DNA of 62,700 nucleotides from a virus (Duplodnaviria > Caudoviricetes), in the IMG/VR virus record IMGVR_UViG_3300048625_000103, positions 1 to 62,700 of that record; one strand, written 5' to 3'. Both the position numbers and the translations under genes were made by a program. This document shows positions 18,801 to 26,853 of this stretch, one piece after another; position 1 is the first letter of the stretch; every line of letters starts with the position of its first letter. Below the pieces are notes generated by a model. That model was given only the letters and a program-made list of their open reading frames with translations, did no database searches and was not told where the DNA came from.

Positions 18801-21653
18801 GGTGGATTTAAGAAGGTTCCAAAAGAGCAGCAATCATTGTTCTCGCGCGCTGTGCAGGACATGATGAATGAGGAAACCAAATACTCAATCACCGGCAAGA
18901 AGGGTGTAGAGCCAACTCCTGTTGGTGCTGGCATTCAATCTATGCGTGTGCTCGAGCAGCTTGGCCGCGGCAATCAAGAGGTTGAGCCCGGCTACAAGGA
19001 AAAGATTCGTCAGTCTTGGGACAACGCGCGCGACAACCCAGAAGCAACAGCCAAAGCCGCCCGCAGTGCTGTCACTAAGTTTTTGGACAAGCTGGAAACT
19101 TGGGCCTTCTCGAGCGATGCCGCTTTGAACAACAACATTCGACGCTCCGTTGATGAATCAACGATCTCCAATCAAGACAAGATTGGCATGATGCTCAATA
19201 CGAGTCTGAGCCAGACCGTTCACTCCGATGCGGTGGCCAGTTTGTTCTTGCAGCGCGGCGGCATCAAGTACAACGAAGAGTTGCACAAGTGGGAAGGTGT
19301 TGAAAACCAATCCAACTTTGTGAAACTGTCTAAGCAGCTCGACGCCATGGCTGAGAAGAATGGCCTGACAAAGCAGCAGGCAGAACTTGTTGCGCATACC
19401 GCTTTCGAGGCTAAGCGTCTAAAGTCAATGGTGAAGTTCAACCAAGAGTTGGAACAGAAGATCGCTGGCATCAAGGCAGAGGCAAACGCAAAACGTAGCT
19501 CATCTCCTGTTGCCGCAAGTGCATTAAGCAAAGAAGCTGCACGCCTCAAGGATCAGTTCAAGTACATCTCCGAAGAGCAGTTGGCCATGATTGAGCCAAG
19601 CATGCAATTGTTCAAGATTCATCCAGAACTAAATGAGGTTGTGAAGACGTGGAATGAAATCCGAACCAACACAGTCAAGACGCTGGTTGATACGGGTTTG
19701 TGGAGCGAAAGCGAAGCTGAAGAAATGCTGAGCAACGCAGACTACGTACCGTTCTACCGCGAAGAGCAGCTTGAAAACAATCAGGGTCCAAAAGAGTTCA
19801 TCCGCGGCTTGCAAGTTCAAGCTAAAGAGAAGCGCCTGAAAGGATCTGATCGTCCAGTCAACGACATCTTCGACAACCAAGTTCGTTGGGTTCAGTATTC
19901 GATCAACCGTGCTGTGCGCAACCGCTCGGCATTGGCATTGGCTGATACAGCTGTTGAGGTTGGTGCTGCCAAGCAAGTATCCGAAGAGCAACGAAAAGGT
20001 GCTCCAAACGTGGTGAAGGTTTGGCGTGACGGAAAAGAACAGTTCTACTCCATGGACGATCCAATGTTCATGGATGCGTTCAATGGCTTGGAGGCGATCG
20101 TCATTCCATCATGGAAGTGGGCATCTAATCTGGCCAACGTGCTTCGCCAATCTGTGGTGATGTATCCGCTGTTCTCTGTTGCTCAGGTGCCACAGGACTC
20201 GTTTGCTGCGATCTTCTCGTCTGGCCTGAAGCCTCAGTATGCGTTGCGCATTCCTGTGCTGGCCGTCAAAGAGTTCGTCAAGACATTGACCGGCCGCAGC
20301 AAGACCCATGAAGAGCTGAAAAACGTCGGTGCCGTTGGTGTTCGTGACTTCACGTCCGCCATGGTGCGTATGGACGCAGAGATCTATGCTGGCCTGAAGG
20401 CGCCTCCCGGTGTCATGGGCAAGATCAAACACAGCTTGAATCACATTGCCATGTCTGCTGATAACGCTGTCCGTCAGGCTGTGTATGAGGCCTCTATTTC
20501 TCAGGGTTTGAGCCGCGCAGAAGCGATGGAGAAGGCATTCGAGGTGTTCAACGTGCGCCGTAAAGGTAGCAGTCGATCATTGGCATTGGCCGGTCAGCTG
20601 ATTCCCTTCTTTAACGCATATCTTGCAGCTCAGAACGTGGCCTATAAAACGATCACTGGTCGCGGTGTATCGCCTACACAGCGTCAGGACGCGTTTAAAA
20701 CGTTGGCTGCTACCACGGCATCAACCATGGTTCTTTCGTTGCTCTATGCCATGATGAACGGCGACGATGAGGATTATCTGAAGAAGCCAGCTACCCAGCG
20801 CGATCGTCTGTTGATGATTCCCGGTACCGGGATGAGCATTCCTCTGCGCGCTGACCTGTTCACCCTGCCAAAGATCGTCACAGAGCACATGTATCTGATG
20901 ATGACCGACAAGGGTTATGAGGACGGCCGCAAGTTCCGTGATTCGATGAAAGCTGCTTTGGGCTCTGCACTGCTTGGCCCAACTGCTGTGCCACAGGCTA
21001 TCAAGCCTTTGGTCGAGGTAGGCATTAACTATGACTTCTTCCAAGGACGTCCGCTGATCGGTACGTATCAGCAGAAGCTGGAAACCGAGCGTCAGTTCAC
21101 AGACAGCACATCTGAAATGGGCAAGATCCTTGGTAGCACTGGATTGGTATCGCCAATTGCGGCCGATCATTTGATCCGCGGCATGTTCGGTTCTGCTGGT
21201 GGCCTCATCATCTATGCAACCAACCCGATCCTGCACAGCGATCCAAACTCACCACGTCCATCTTTGAGTGAGCGTAATGCGATTGCTTCATTGCCCGGCA
21301 TGAGTGGCTTTGTGTCCAAGCAATACGAGACAGCACTCAAGAAAGACTTCTACGTCTTGAAAGAGGAAGTTGATCGTGCAGCAAACACATTGAACGATCT
21401 GAAGACGCGCAGCCCACAGGAAATCAAGGGCTATCTGGGTGAGGAAGAAAACGTTGCTCGTCTTGGCTTGCATAAGACCGTCAACGCGATCGGTGAGAAC
21501 CTGTCCAAGATCCGCAAAGCGATTGCCTACACAACGAATGCAGACATGCCTTCCGATGAAAAGCGTGATCGTCTTGCTCAGCTTCGCAAAGCTGAAGATG
21601 ACATGCTCAAGGGTGTGGACGTTAAGAAGCTTCGTGAGCTCGGGAAAATCTAA
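15837..21653 (+). CDS. Large ejection/polyvalent-type protein (1938 aa) with HExxH motif and LPD38-like C-terminus
   Basis: YEVTSPDGRTFEV N-terminus, LLHELLHVAT zincin motif, IPFFNA and NYDFFQGRP motifs; last gene of the late operon. Confidence 0.7.
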   Translation: MPTYEVTSPDGRTFEVNAPEGASQKDILAYAQSNFEKFAPKETIGGNLKEALKGVVPGGIGLLETAGAGAAALLPEEYEKPTRQFIQEAATAGKKPFEAAPGYQESIGRKIGEGVGSTLPFFALGPLGLAGRAAGAGLGVAAGAGEARLGAEAKGATPEERRTATQLGAPVGLLDILAPEIGPLKGVLTTALARGGVEGATEAAQKIAQNLIAKGIYDPKQDVLAGSGEEGAYGAGVGALASLIVDLTLGRKAHGVSAKPAATAGVPLEQAQPLPEVEAKEPLALGMAQPFTPVSLPDGSVAMTQADLDAYEQSQFANKYAPQPAEKAPALALGMGAPFTPIALPDGSVAMTKEDLDAYQNKQFEEKYRPQAVEQQAPGLEAATPAGAQVPAAMAAFTGAPNANLSMMEQVRAQKAEQVKQEVKAQQAKVKEVMNTEFSADPLQDALARQKALEQLGIPPVQAQQAVATKTEPKVSEPPAFVEAKPAKLTKEQQKPIYSPEEIADVKDARAALKDVNAQISKAKEEGTDLFNRLKGVLPPDEVHNILPEEKKGRVGTLASKSAGTPLSSLVADGSLNEFLPPDMRITEPGQDETPGVEYITQAIQNGDTKSFDSKVALTQLEKAKQELKSRVEQPAAEREANLNLGQVAEEQAGVEGLPIDDLLAYAQQQGIDTDSIVENVATRNQDATTEQYHGEVRKALISEVNSRAGSASQTLASVGAGEKGLNASKEELDMQKALTGKTMAQAAQYVIDNAPNAFYKFVGKRVLSKLNQMRSHGIIMNFSVEGGTNRPSSLYAANGLSKFVFGQDGKPSSFTVLLNGAPVVKNQNGYPSGMNYKTLLHELLHVATQAEVRFLNYTDSNHPAVRELIRLYNTVAGELISQEKAGKLPEFLVDFRKGNNNALSSPDEMLAWSMTDDRMQKWMSEIKVGEKSLFSKIIELIRNVMGISKPFETALDRLVSTTDQIIDIDVQQTADGMEKRGYSFGPKGGFKKVPKEQQSLFSRAVQDMMNEETKYSITGKKGVEPTPVGAGIQSMRVLEQLGRGNQEVEPGYKEKIRQSWDNARDNPEATAKAARSAVTKFLDKLETWAFSSDAALNNNIRRSVDESTISNQDKIGMMLNTSLSQTVHSDAVASLFLQRGGIKYNEELHKWEGVENQSNFVKLSKQLDAMAEKNGLTKQQAELVAHTAFEAKRLKSMVKFNQELEQKIAGIKAEANAKRSSSPVAASALSKEAARLKDQFKYISEEQLAMIEPSMQLFKIHPELNEVVKTWNEIRTNTVKTLVDTGLWSESEAEEMLSNADYVPFYREEQLENNQGPKEFIRGLQVQAKEKRLKGSDRPVNDIFDNQVRWVQYSINRAVRNRSALALADTAVEVGAAKQVSEEQRKGAPNVVKVWRDGKEQFYSMDDPMFMDAFNGLEAIVIPSWKWASNLANVLRQSVVMYPLFSVAQVPQDSFAAIFSSGLKPQYALRIPVLAVKEFVKTLTGRSKTHEELKNVGAVGVRDFTSAMVRMDAEIYAGLKAPPGVMGKIKHSLNHIAMSADNAVRQAVYEASISQGLSRAEAMEKAFEVFNVRRKGSSRSLALAGQLIPFFNAYLAAQNVAYKTITGRGVSPTQRQDAFKTLAATTASTMVLSLLYAMMNGDDEDYLKKPATQRDRLLMIPGTGMSIPLRADLFTLPKIVTEHMYLMMTDKGYEDGRKFRDSMKAALGSALLGPTAVPQAIKPLVEVGINYDFFQGRPLIGTYQQKLETERQFTDSTSEMGKILGSTGLVSPIAADHLIRGMFGSAGGLIIYATNPILHSDPNSPRPSLSERNAIASLPGMSGFVSKQYETALKKDFYVLKEEVDRAANTLNDLKTRSPQEIKGYLGEEENVARLGLHKTVNAIGENLSKIRKAIAYTTNADMPSDEKRDRLAQLRKAEDDMLKGVDVKKLRELGKI
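16683..16949 (+). repeat. Intragenic tandem duplication (about 41-aa unit, 144-nt period)
   Basis: LALGMAQPFTPVSLPDGSVAMTQADLDAY versus LALGMGAPFTPIALPDGSVAMTKEDLDAY. Confidence 0.85.
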
Positions 21654-21655
21654 TC

Positions 21656-21675
21656 GAACCAATTTTCTTTGGTTC
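21656..21675. promoter_or_regulatory. Dispersed palindrome copy 2, at the junction of convergent operons
   Basis: GAACCAATTTTCTTTGGTTC; arms extend to 12 bp (21651-21680). Confidence 0.7.
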
Positions 21676-21690
21676 GATTAAACGAAGGTA

Positions 21691-21978
21691 TTAACTTTCG
21701 TTGAGAAGCTGGATGGTGTTCGCAAGGGCATCCATCTCTCCTACGTTTGCAAGCTTCCATGCTCTTCGCTGGCCATGGATGCCGTCTGGACTGCTGTTTG
21801 CGTGATGGCGGTCACAGAGCGGCACGGTTAGGTAATTGCTGTTGCGCTGACCCATGCCTACCCCTTCTCTTAAATGGTGCACCTGAGCGGGCGTAGGGCC
21901 ATAGCCAAGGTGTCGGCACAGGTAGCAACCGAGCTCGGCAACACGGCCCATGTATTCTTTCTCAGCTTTGGTGCTCAT
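21691..21978 (-). CDS. Ref-like (RecA-dependent) HNH-type Zn nuclease
   Basis: CxxC, VHH and PLCxxHH motifs. Confidence 0.7.
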   Translation of the reverse strand: MSTKAEKEYMGRVAELGCYLCRHLGYGPTPAQVHHLREGVGMGQRNSNYLTVPLCDRHHANSSPDGIHGQRRAWKLANVGEMDALANTIQLLNES

Positions 21979-22181
21979 GCGTTCTTCTCACGTAATTTAG
22001 CTTCGACCAATGTTGCATATGTGTGAAACCTTGGAATTGCGGCACGGCTTTCAAGCCAAAGATTTGACTTTTCTCTATCTGTCAGCCCCACCCATTCACG
22101 TTTGTAAATTTGTTCTTGTGGGATAACTTGAACAACAAGTTCCCCGTCTTCCATCCAGCTTTTCGTTACCTGAGTTGTCAT
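21975..22181 (-). CDS. Modular hypothetical protein (WVGLTD...EAKLREKN)
   Basis: Shares motifs with 22178-22489. Confidence 0.6.
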   Translation of the reverse strand: MTTQVTKSWMEDGELVVQVIPQEQIYKREWVGLTDREKSNLWLESRAAIPRFHTYATLVEAKLREKNA

Positions 22182-22489
22182 GTGTTCTTTTCCTTGAGTT
22201 TGGCTTCAACCAATTCCATAACGGTGGTGCGGTCATCTCTTTCGGTTGCGTAGATGATTTCCCATCTGCCCTGTGCCGTCATCCCAACCCATATGCGTTG
22301 TTGTGGTGTGGTGTAGAGAGGTTCACATCGAGGATCATTTTTGTTATCTAGGTATGTGCAATAGTTCCAAACCCAATGGTCATCTTCAACAGGCATCTTG
22401 TAGAGATATGCCACAGGCTCACCCTGCTCTTGCTTTGGTTGAACTGGGTGTGTTGCTTTTGAAATATTTTTATAGCCTTCGTCTTTCAT
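22178..22489 (-). CDS. Modular hypothetical protein (KQEQGEPVA...WVGMT...EAKLKEKN)
   Basis: Shared modules; AAGGAG RBS. Confidence 0.6.
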   Translation of the reverse strand: MKDEGYKNISKATHPVQPKQEQGEPVAYLYKMPVEDDHWVWNYCTYLDNKNDPRCEPLYTTPQQRIWVGMTAQGRWEIIYATERDDRTTVMELVEAKLKEKNT

Positions 22490-22492
22490 GTC

Positions 22493-22624
22493 TTACTCCT
22501 TAATGCCGTAAACGGCTTCTGCATCCATACAAAACATTTCAAGCAACTCATACAACTCGACGCACCTGTTTTGCCAAGCAATAGCGTTGTCTAATGCTTT
22601 TAAAAATAATTCACGATCTGTCAT
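22493..22624 (-). CDS. 43-aa protein, paralogue of 33883-34014 (not in ORF track)
   Basis: MTDRELFLKALDNAIAWQNRCVELYELLEMFCMDAEAVYGIKE; AAGGA RBS. Confidence 0.7.
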   Translation of the reverse strand: MTDRELFLKALDNAIAWQNRCVELYELLEMFCMDAEAVYGIKE

Positions 22625-22627
22625 GTT

Positions 22628-23443
22628 TTATTCCTTAATGCCGTGGGCGGCTTCGATTGCTCGTACAACTTTTACAAAGTCATCAATCTTGCACATATCG
22701 CAATCTTCAAGGCCGTTATCACGCCCCCACCATTTACGGATTTCAGCATCCGTAAGTGGCTTGCGTTGTTGTGGCGTTAGTCCTCTTATTACTTCAAGAC
22801 ATTCATTCCAGCCAGTCCGATAATCGGGACTTTCGCTGTCATCGGTAATGGAATCGGGCAATGCCATATGGTGTCGTTTGGTGTAGAGCAACGTACCAAT
22901 AGGCATAGGTTCGCCACGCCATTGGATAGTCTTTGTGTGTCTGATTTGGCCGAATCCAGCATATTCATTTGTACCGATTACTTCACCCACAGGCTCACCC
23001 TGCTCTTTCTGTGCTGCGGGTGGGGTGGAGAACAATCGGCACAAGTCAGAACGCCACCAAAACGCGCCCCTCTTTGTCGGGTGCTTTTGCTCAAACCAAA
23101 CGCCATCCCAATCGCCAGCGCCATAGAGGAAGTTCAGCATTTGCAGTTGCTCGCCTGTCCACGCCACAGGATCACCCTGCTCTTGCTTGGCTAGTGCAAC
23201 GTCGTACAAAGGAACAACCTGCCCAAGCGGTGTAAATGAAGCGCTGTTTTTATCTGTGCTCACTGCGCCATTGGACGGGTCGTACCATGCCAACGGTTTG
23301 CCATGCTCTTGTTGTGCCAAGGATTTTTCTAAAACCTCAATCGCATCGTCAACTTTGTTCAGATCAAACGATTTTTCATACGATGATGTGTAGGTGCAGC
23401 TATTCAACGCATCAAGCACCAGATTCATTTCTTCTTTGGTCAT
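22628..23443 (-). CDS. Modular multi-segment hypothetical protein
   Basis: Three QE(Q/H)G.P linkers, KPLTD and AIEAAHGIKE end. Confidence 0.65.
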   Translation of the reverse strand: MTKEEMNLVLDALNSCTYTSSYEKSFDLNKVDDAIEVLEKSLAQQEHGKPLAWYDPSNGAVSTDKNSASFTPLGQVVPLYDVALAKQEQGDPVAWTGEQLQMLNFLYGAGDWDGVWFEQKHPTKRGAFWWRSDLCRLFSTPPAAQKEQGEPVGEVIGTNEYAGFGQIRHTKTIQWRGEPMPIGTLLYTKRHHMALPDSITDDSESPDYRTGWNECLEVIRGLTPQQRKPLTDAEIRKWWGRDNGLEDCDMCKIDDFVKVVRAIEAAHGIKE

Positions 23444-23453
23444 GTTGGATTCC

Positions 23454-23645
23454 TTAGTCGTACCGTTTGCGGCTTTCTATCACCATGGCATCTGCCAAGT
23501 CATAGGCTTCTTTTGGAGATGATCCGCCGAAGGCAAACACTGTTGCCATCAAGTCTTGCGCGGTCAGATCATCCACTGGCATAGGCTTTACCTTTGGCTT
23601 TAGAAGGTCGATACCTTCAGCGACTTGTGGTTTTTTTGTTGCCAT
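23454..23645 (-). CDS. Hypothetical protein
   Basis: AYDLADAM motif; coupled within the operon. Confidence 0.5.
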   Translation of the reverse strand: MATKKPQVAEGIDLLKPKVKPMPVDDLTAQDLMATVFAFGGSSPKEAYDLADAMVIESRKRYD

Positions 23646-23937
23646 TTTTTACTTTCAATGTGGGAAACATATTGATCAGTTTTTCCACCAGACCAATCGC
23701 GATTGTTTTGCCGTTAAGCGCCACACTGTTGGCTGCCTCATCTTTGCTGATGGCGTTCATGGCATCACGAAGACCGGCTCTGTATCCGCTGTCGTACATT
23801 GAACCGCCTTCTATGTAAGACGTGATTGCGTCGCGTACAAGTGATGCTGCTTTGCGATTACCGGCTGCCTCTTTGATCTTGGCGTGAATATCTCGTCGCA
23901 GATGTACTGAGTACGGGATTAACGTTGTGCTTTCCAT
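23617..23937 (-). CDS. Ribbon-helix-helix-like DNA-binding protein
   Basis: YSVHLRRDIHAKIKEAAG...SLVRDAI pattern; start reassigned to MESTT. Confidence 0.45.
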   Translation of the reverse strand: MESTTLIPYSVHLRRDIHAKIKEAAGNRKAASLVRDAITSYIEGGSMYDSGYRAGLRDAMNAISKDEAANSVALNGKTIAIGLVEKLINMFPTLKVKNGNKKTTSR

Positions 23938-24341
23938 GCTTGGAACTCCTGATGGACAAACCGAAACTGTGAAGCTGCGGCTTGATTTGTTTTTAATTCT
24001 GTTCTTGATTGGATGTTGAGTTCCATCCGTAGCCATTCTGTTGCCGTGTTTTCAGTCTCTTCAAAAGTCTGGCCGGTCTCAAGCAAAAAGGTATGGAACA
24101 ACGGATCACGGCATAGCACACCCGCCAATCGAACCAAGTCTTTTGTTGGGTATTCCTGCTCGCGAACCATCGGCTTGTCATCGTCGGTAAGTCGAACCAT
24201 TACGACCTGATAGCGTGCGCCAACGAAATCTTGAACCAAGGGCATTGGGATCTCATCTGGGTGCACAGACAGGGTAAGTACATACCCCGTCCTATCCTGC
24301 TTCATGGCGATCTTTCGACCTTCAAACTGGATGGTTTGCAT
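23919..24341 (-). CDS. Hypothetical protein
   Basis: 140-aa ORF in a tightly packed operon. Confidence 0.55.
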   Translation of the reverse strand: MQTIQFEGRKIAMKQDRTGYVLTLSVHPDEIPMPLVQDFVGARYQVVMVRLTDDDKPMVREQEYPTKDLVRLAGVLCRDPLFHTFLLETGQTFEETENTATEWLRMELNIQSRTELKTNQAAASQFRFVHQEFQAWKAQR

Positions 24342-24343
24342 GA

Positions 24344-24661
24344 TCAGAAGGGGATCGAATCGTCTAGATCTTCATCAGCCTGCTGTTGCGGCGTCTTGGC
24401 ATATTGCTTTTGAGGTGCTTGCTGTTGCTGCTGCTGGGGCTTGTAGTTGTTCCAAGAGATTCGCATCCAAGGGCCGTAGTTGCCTTCCATGCTCCATGCA
24501 GATAGCTTGATGGTGATGTCGTCTTCGTCAGTCTCTTCAAGCAGCTGCTTTAAGGTTGAGCGAGTCATCACGATTTCGCCGTGCATGTCTGGCTTTTTAT
24601 CGCCCTGCTCTTTGTATTTGTTGCTGGAAAGTTTTCCGCTGTTTGGGTATTGCGTTGCCAT
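24344..24661 (-). CDS. Single-stranded DNA-binding-like protein
   Basis: Gln-rich linker and acidic DDSIPF tail; follows erf. Confidence 0.65.
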   Translation of the reverse strand: MATQYPNSGKLSSNKYKEQGDKKPDMHGEIVMTRSTLKQLLEETDEDDITIKLSAWSMEGNYGPWMRISWNNYKPQQQQQQAPQKQYAKTPQQQADEDLDDSIPF

Positions 24662-25362
24662 TACTTAGTTTCCTCAAATGATTTCTTTGCTGCTGCGAAT
24701 TTGTCCATGATTGCTTTGTGGGATTCTTCAGATTCCAACTTCAACTTGTCGAAGATGTTGCGGTTGTTCTTGAAAATGTTCATCACATCGTCTTTGCTCT
24801 TGGCCACTTCCAGCATCACTTCAACTGAATCGTTCACAAGGCTGATCCAAGTTTGGATCGGTGTGTTTTCATCTGTGGTGATTTTGATTTGCCATTCGCC
24901 GCCGTTCTTACCGTTGCCTTCGATCTTGGCTGGTGGCTTACCCACTGGCGCTGCTACCGGCTTGGGAGCTGGTTCTGCCTTCGGTGCTGGCTTTGATGCT
25001 GCATTGCCATCATCATCTTCAGGGGCGATACCACAGGCTGTCATCAGTGAGTAACGACGTGCGTAGGTGAGTGCGCTTCCGTAGCCTTGTGCGTCATGCT
25101 TGGTGGCTGGAACGTGCAACTTACCGCTGCTCATCTGCTCACCAGACTCATGGACAAAAATGGTTTCAACGATCACACCATCATTGCAGTCATGGGTTGG
25201 CTGCATCAAGAAGATGCCGTTATTGTTGAGGGCGTCAATTACAGCTTCGATACAGGCAGACAGGTTTGCATACTTGGAGCGAAATGCTGGGTTTGTATGT
25301 GTCTTCAGTGCCGGTCCAAACTCCTTCTGGGCTTTAACCAGAGCGGCCGAGATTTCTTTCAT
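24661..25362 (-). CDS. erf: Erf-family single-strand annealing protein
   Basis: NPAFRSKYANL and QGYGSALTYARRYSL...EDDDGN motifs. Confidence 0.9.
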   Translation of the reverse strand: MKEISAALVKAQKEFGPALKTHTNPAFRSKYANLSACIEAVIDALNNNGIFLMQPTHDCNDGVIVETIFVHESGEQMSSGKLHVPATKHDAQGYGSALTYARRYSLMTACGIAPEDDDGNAASKPAPKAEPAPKPVAAPVGKPPAKIEGNGKNGGEWQIKITTDENTPIQTWISLVNDSVEVMLEVAKSKDDVMNIFKNNRNIFDKLKLESEESHKAIMDKFAAAKKSFEETK

Positions 25363-25412
25363 GATTTTCCTTTGTGTTTATGGTTTTCCATTTTCTTCTT
25401 TTTACGGCTCAA

Positions 25413-25583
25413 CTAGAAGGCTCCGAACCAAACTCCTGTACCGTGAATCCAAGAGATTGGGAAGATGATGCTTCCGATGATCAAGAGTGCCCAAGACGCT
25501 GTTTTGATGCAGGCCACCACATGGGTGAACCACGCCAAAACAGCCCAAACGACAAGTGCGATTGCGACTGTTCCGGAGTTCAT
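25413..25583 (-). CDS. Small 2-TM membrane protein (56 aa, not in ORF track)
   Basis: MNSGTVAIALVVWAVLAWFTHVV...IHGTGVWFGAF; AAGGA RBS. Confidence 0.6.
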   Translation of the reverse strand: MNSGTVAIALVVWAVLAWFTHVVACIKTASWALLIIGSIIFPISWIHGTGVWFGAF

Positions 25584-25585
25584 GA

Positions 25586-25717
25586 TTAATCCTTTGAGAA
25601 TACGTCTTTGACTTTTGACTTGATGGAGTTGCCCATCTCTGTCATGGAGCCAAACTTAGATCCGCAGAAGAAACCTGCGATGAAGATGACGAGCGTGTAG
25701 AGAATGATGTCTGACAT
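25586..25717 (-). CDS. Small single-TM protein (43 aa, not in ORF track)
   Basis: MSDIILYTLVIFIAGFFCG...; AGGA RBS. Confidence 0.55.
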   Translation of the reverse strand: MSDIILYTLVIFIAGFFCGSKFGSMTEMGNSIKSKVKDVFSKD

Positions 25718-25719
25718 GA

Positions 25720-26322
25720 TTAATCCTGAATGGCTGCGATGATGAGATCAGCGGTGGTTGAGAATTTCTCAGCCTCTGCCACGGTCTTGGCGTCAACGAT
25801 GTCGAACTTACAGCCACCCAAGCTGTCGTCCAAAGACTTCAGGTAAGCAGTTGCTTGTGCGTCATCGCCAACTTGAATGAACAAGATGGTCAATGCGTCA
25901 TCTGACTCTTGCTTGTTTGCTGCGTTGCGGATAACACTGGCTGCTGCTGCTTGATCGTTTGGCACGCCGTCAGTGAAGATGATGATGAAGTCTTTCTTGG
26001 AAGACTTGCCTGCGAGCTGCAAAGAGGCCACAAGAGCTTCGGCCAATGGTGTGCCGCCACGAGGTGAGTTGGTAGCAAAAGCTTCGCGTGCTTTAGCGCT
26101 GTTGACGCCATCGAACGATTGAATGTTTGAGCCACCGAACAGGACCAAGCCAATGCCGTTGTCATCGAGCTTTTCGATGTCGCGGATAAAGGTCATTGCT
26201 GCTTCTTGAACCGACTCCCAGCGCGTGATGTTTGAGCCAGCTTTCACTGGTTCGCCCATGGAGCCTGATGTATCGATGGCCACAATGAAATCGTATTCTG
26301 TGAGTGTTGATGCGTTTGTCAT
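25720..26322 (-). CDS. von Willebrand factor A (vWA) domain protein
   Basis: MIDAS motif DTSGSM, GGTPLAEAL, IIFTDG, FIQVG; start reassigned to MTNAS. Confidence 0.9.
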   Translation of the reverse strand: MTNASTLTEYDFIVAIDTSGSMGEPVKAGSNITRWESVQEAAMTFIRDIEKLDDNGIGLVLFGGSNIQSFDGVNSAKAREAFATNSPRGGTPLAEALVASLQLAGKSSKKDFIIIFTDGVPNDQAAAASVIRNAANKQESDDALTILFIQVGDDAQATAYLKSLDDSLGGCKFDIVDAKTVAEAEKFSTTADLIIAAIQD

Positions 26323-26335
26323 GTTGTTCTTCCGG

Positions 26336-26515
26336 TTAGTCTTTGATTGGTGTTTTGTTAACGTTGCCAGTGGTGACAAAGTTGTGGATGCGGCTGGCAT
26401 ATTCGATCATGCCGCCTGCAAACAAGGCTTCGTCTTTCAACGTCAACTTGATTGCCAGTTCAACGCATTGGAGGCGCAAAGCCTCGTCCTGCGAAAGTAC
26501 GGTGCGCTCGTTCAT
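26336..26515 (-). CDS. Hypothetical protein (59 aa, not in ORF track)
   Basis: MNERTVLSQDEALRLQCVELA...; stop/start overlap with 26515-26733. Confidence 0.5.
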   Translation of the reverse strand: MNERTVLSQDEALRLQCVELAIKLTLKDEALFAGGMIEYASRIHNFVTTGNVNKTPIKD

Positions 26516-26733
26516 TACTCTTGTGGGAGTTCGAGTTGATCTGCATCCTTGGCGCTTTCAACCTTGATGCCTTTACCGAGTGCGGTGATCAGGTCATCTT
26601 GGCTGGCCACGCGGACGGTGAACAGTGATTGAGCAACGTGCGACAAGGCTTGTTGACGGATGGTTGCTTTGACCAGACGAACTGGAAATGCTGGGTCGCT
26701 AGAACCGACGAGATAAATTCGAGAAGCAGTCAT
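26515..26733 (-). CDS. Hypothetical protein
   Basis: AAGGA RBS, 72 aa. Confidence 0.6.
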   Translation of the reverse strand: MTASRIYLVGSSDPAFPVRLVKATIRQQALSHVAQSLFTVRVASQDDLITALGKGIKVESAKDADQLELPQE

Positions 26734-26748
26734 GATTTTCCTTTTGAG

Positions 26749-26850
26749 TTAGTTCTTTTTCGAAGATTGGCCGAACCTGTAGCCAATGTGGAAGGCGAGG
26801 GCGATCACTACGATCAGACCTGTGCCAATTAGGATTTCAACAAGCATCAT
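26749..26850 (-). CDS. Single-TM micro-protein (33 aa)
   Basis: MMLVEILIGTGLIVVIALAFHIGYRFG; fills the gap. Confidence 0.45.
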   Translation of the reverse strand: MMLVEILIGTGLIVVIALAFHIGYRFGQSSKKN

Positions 26851-26853
26851 GGG

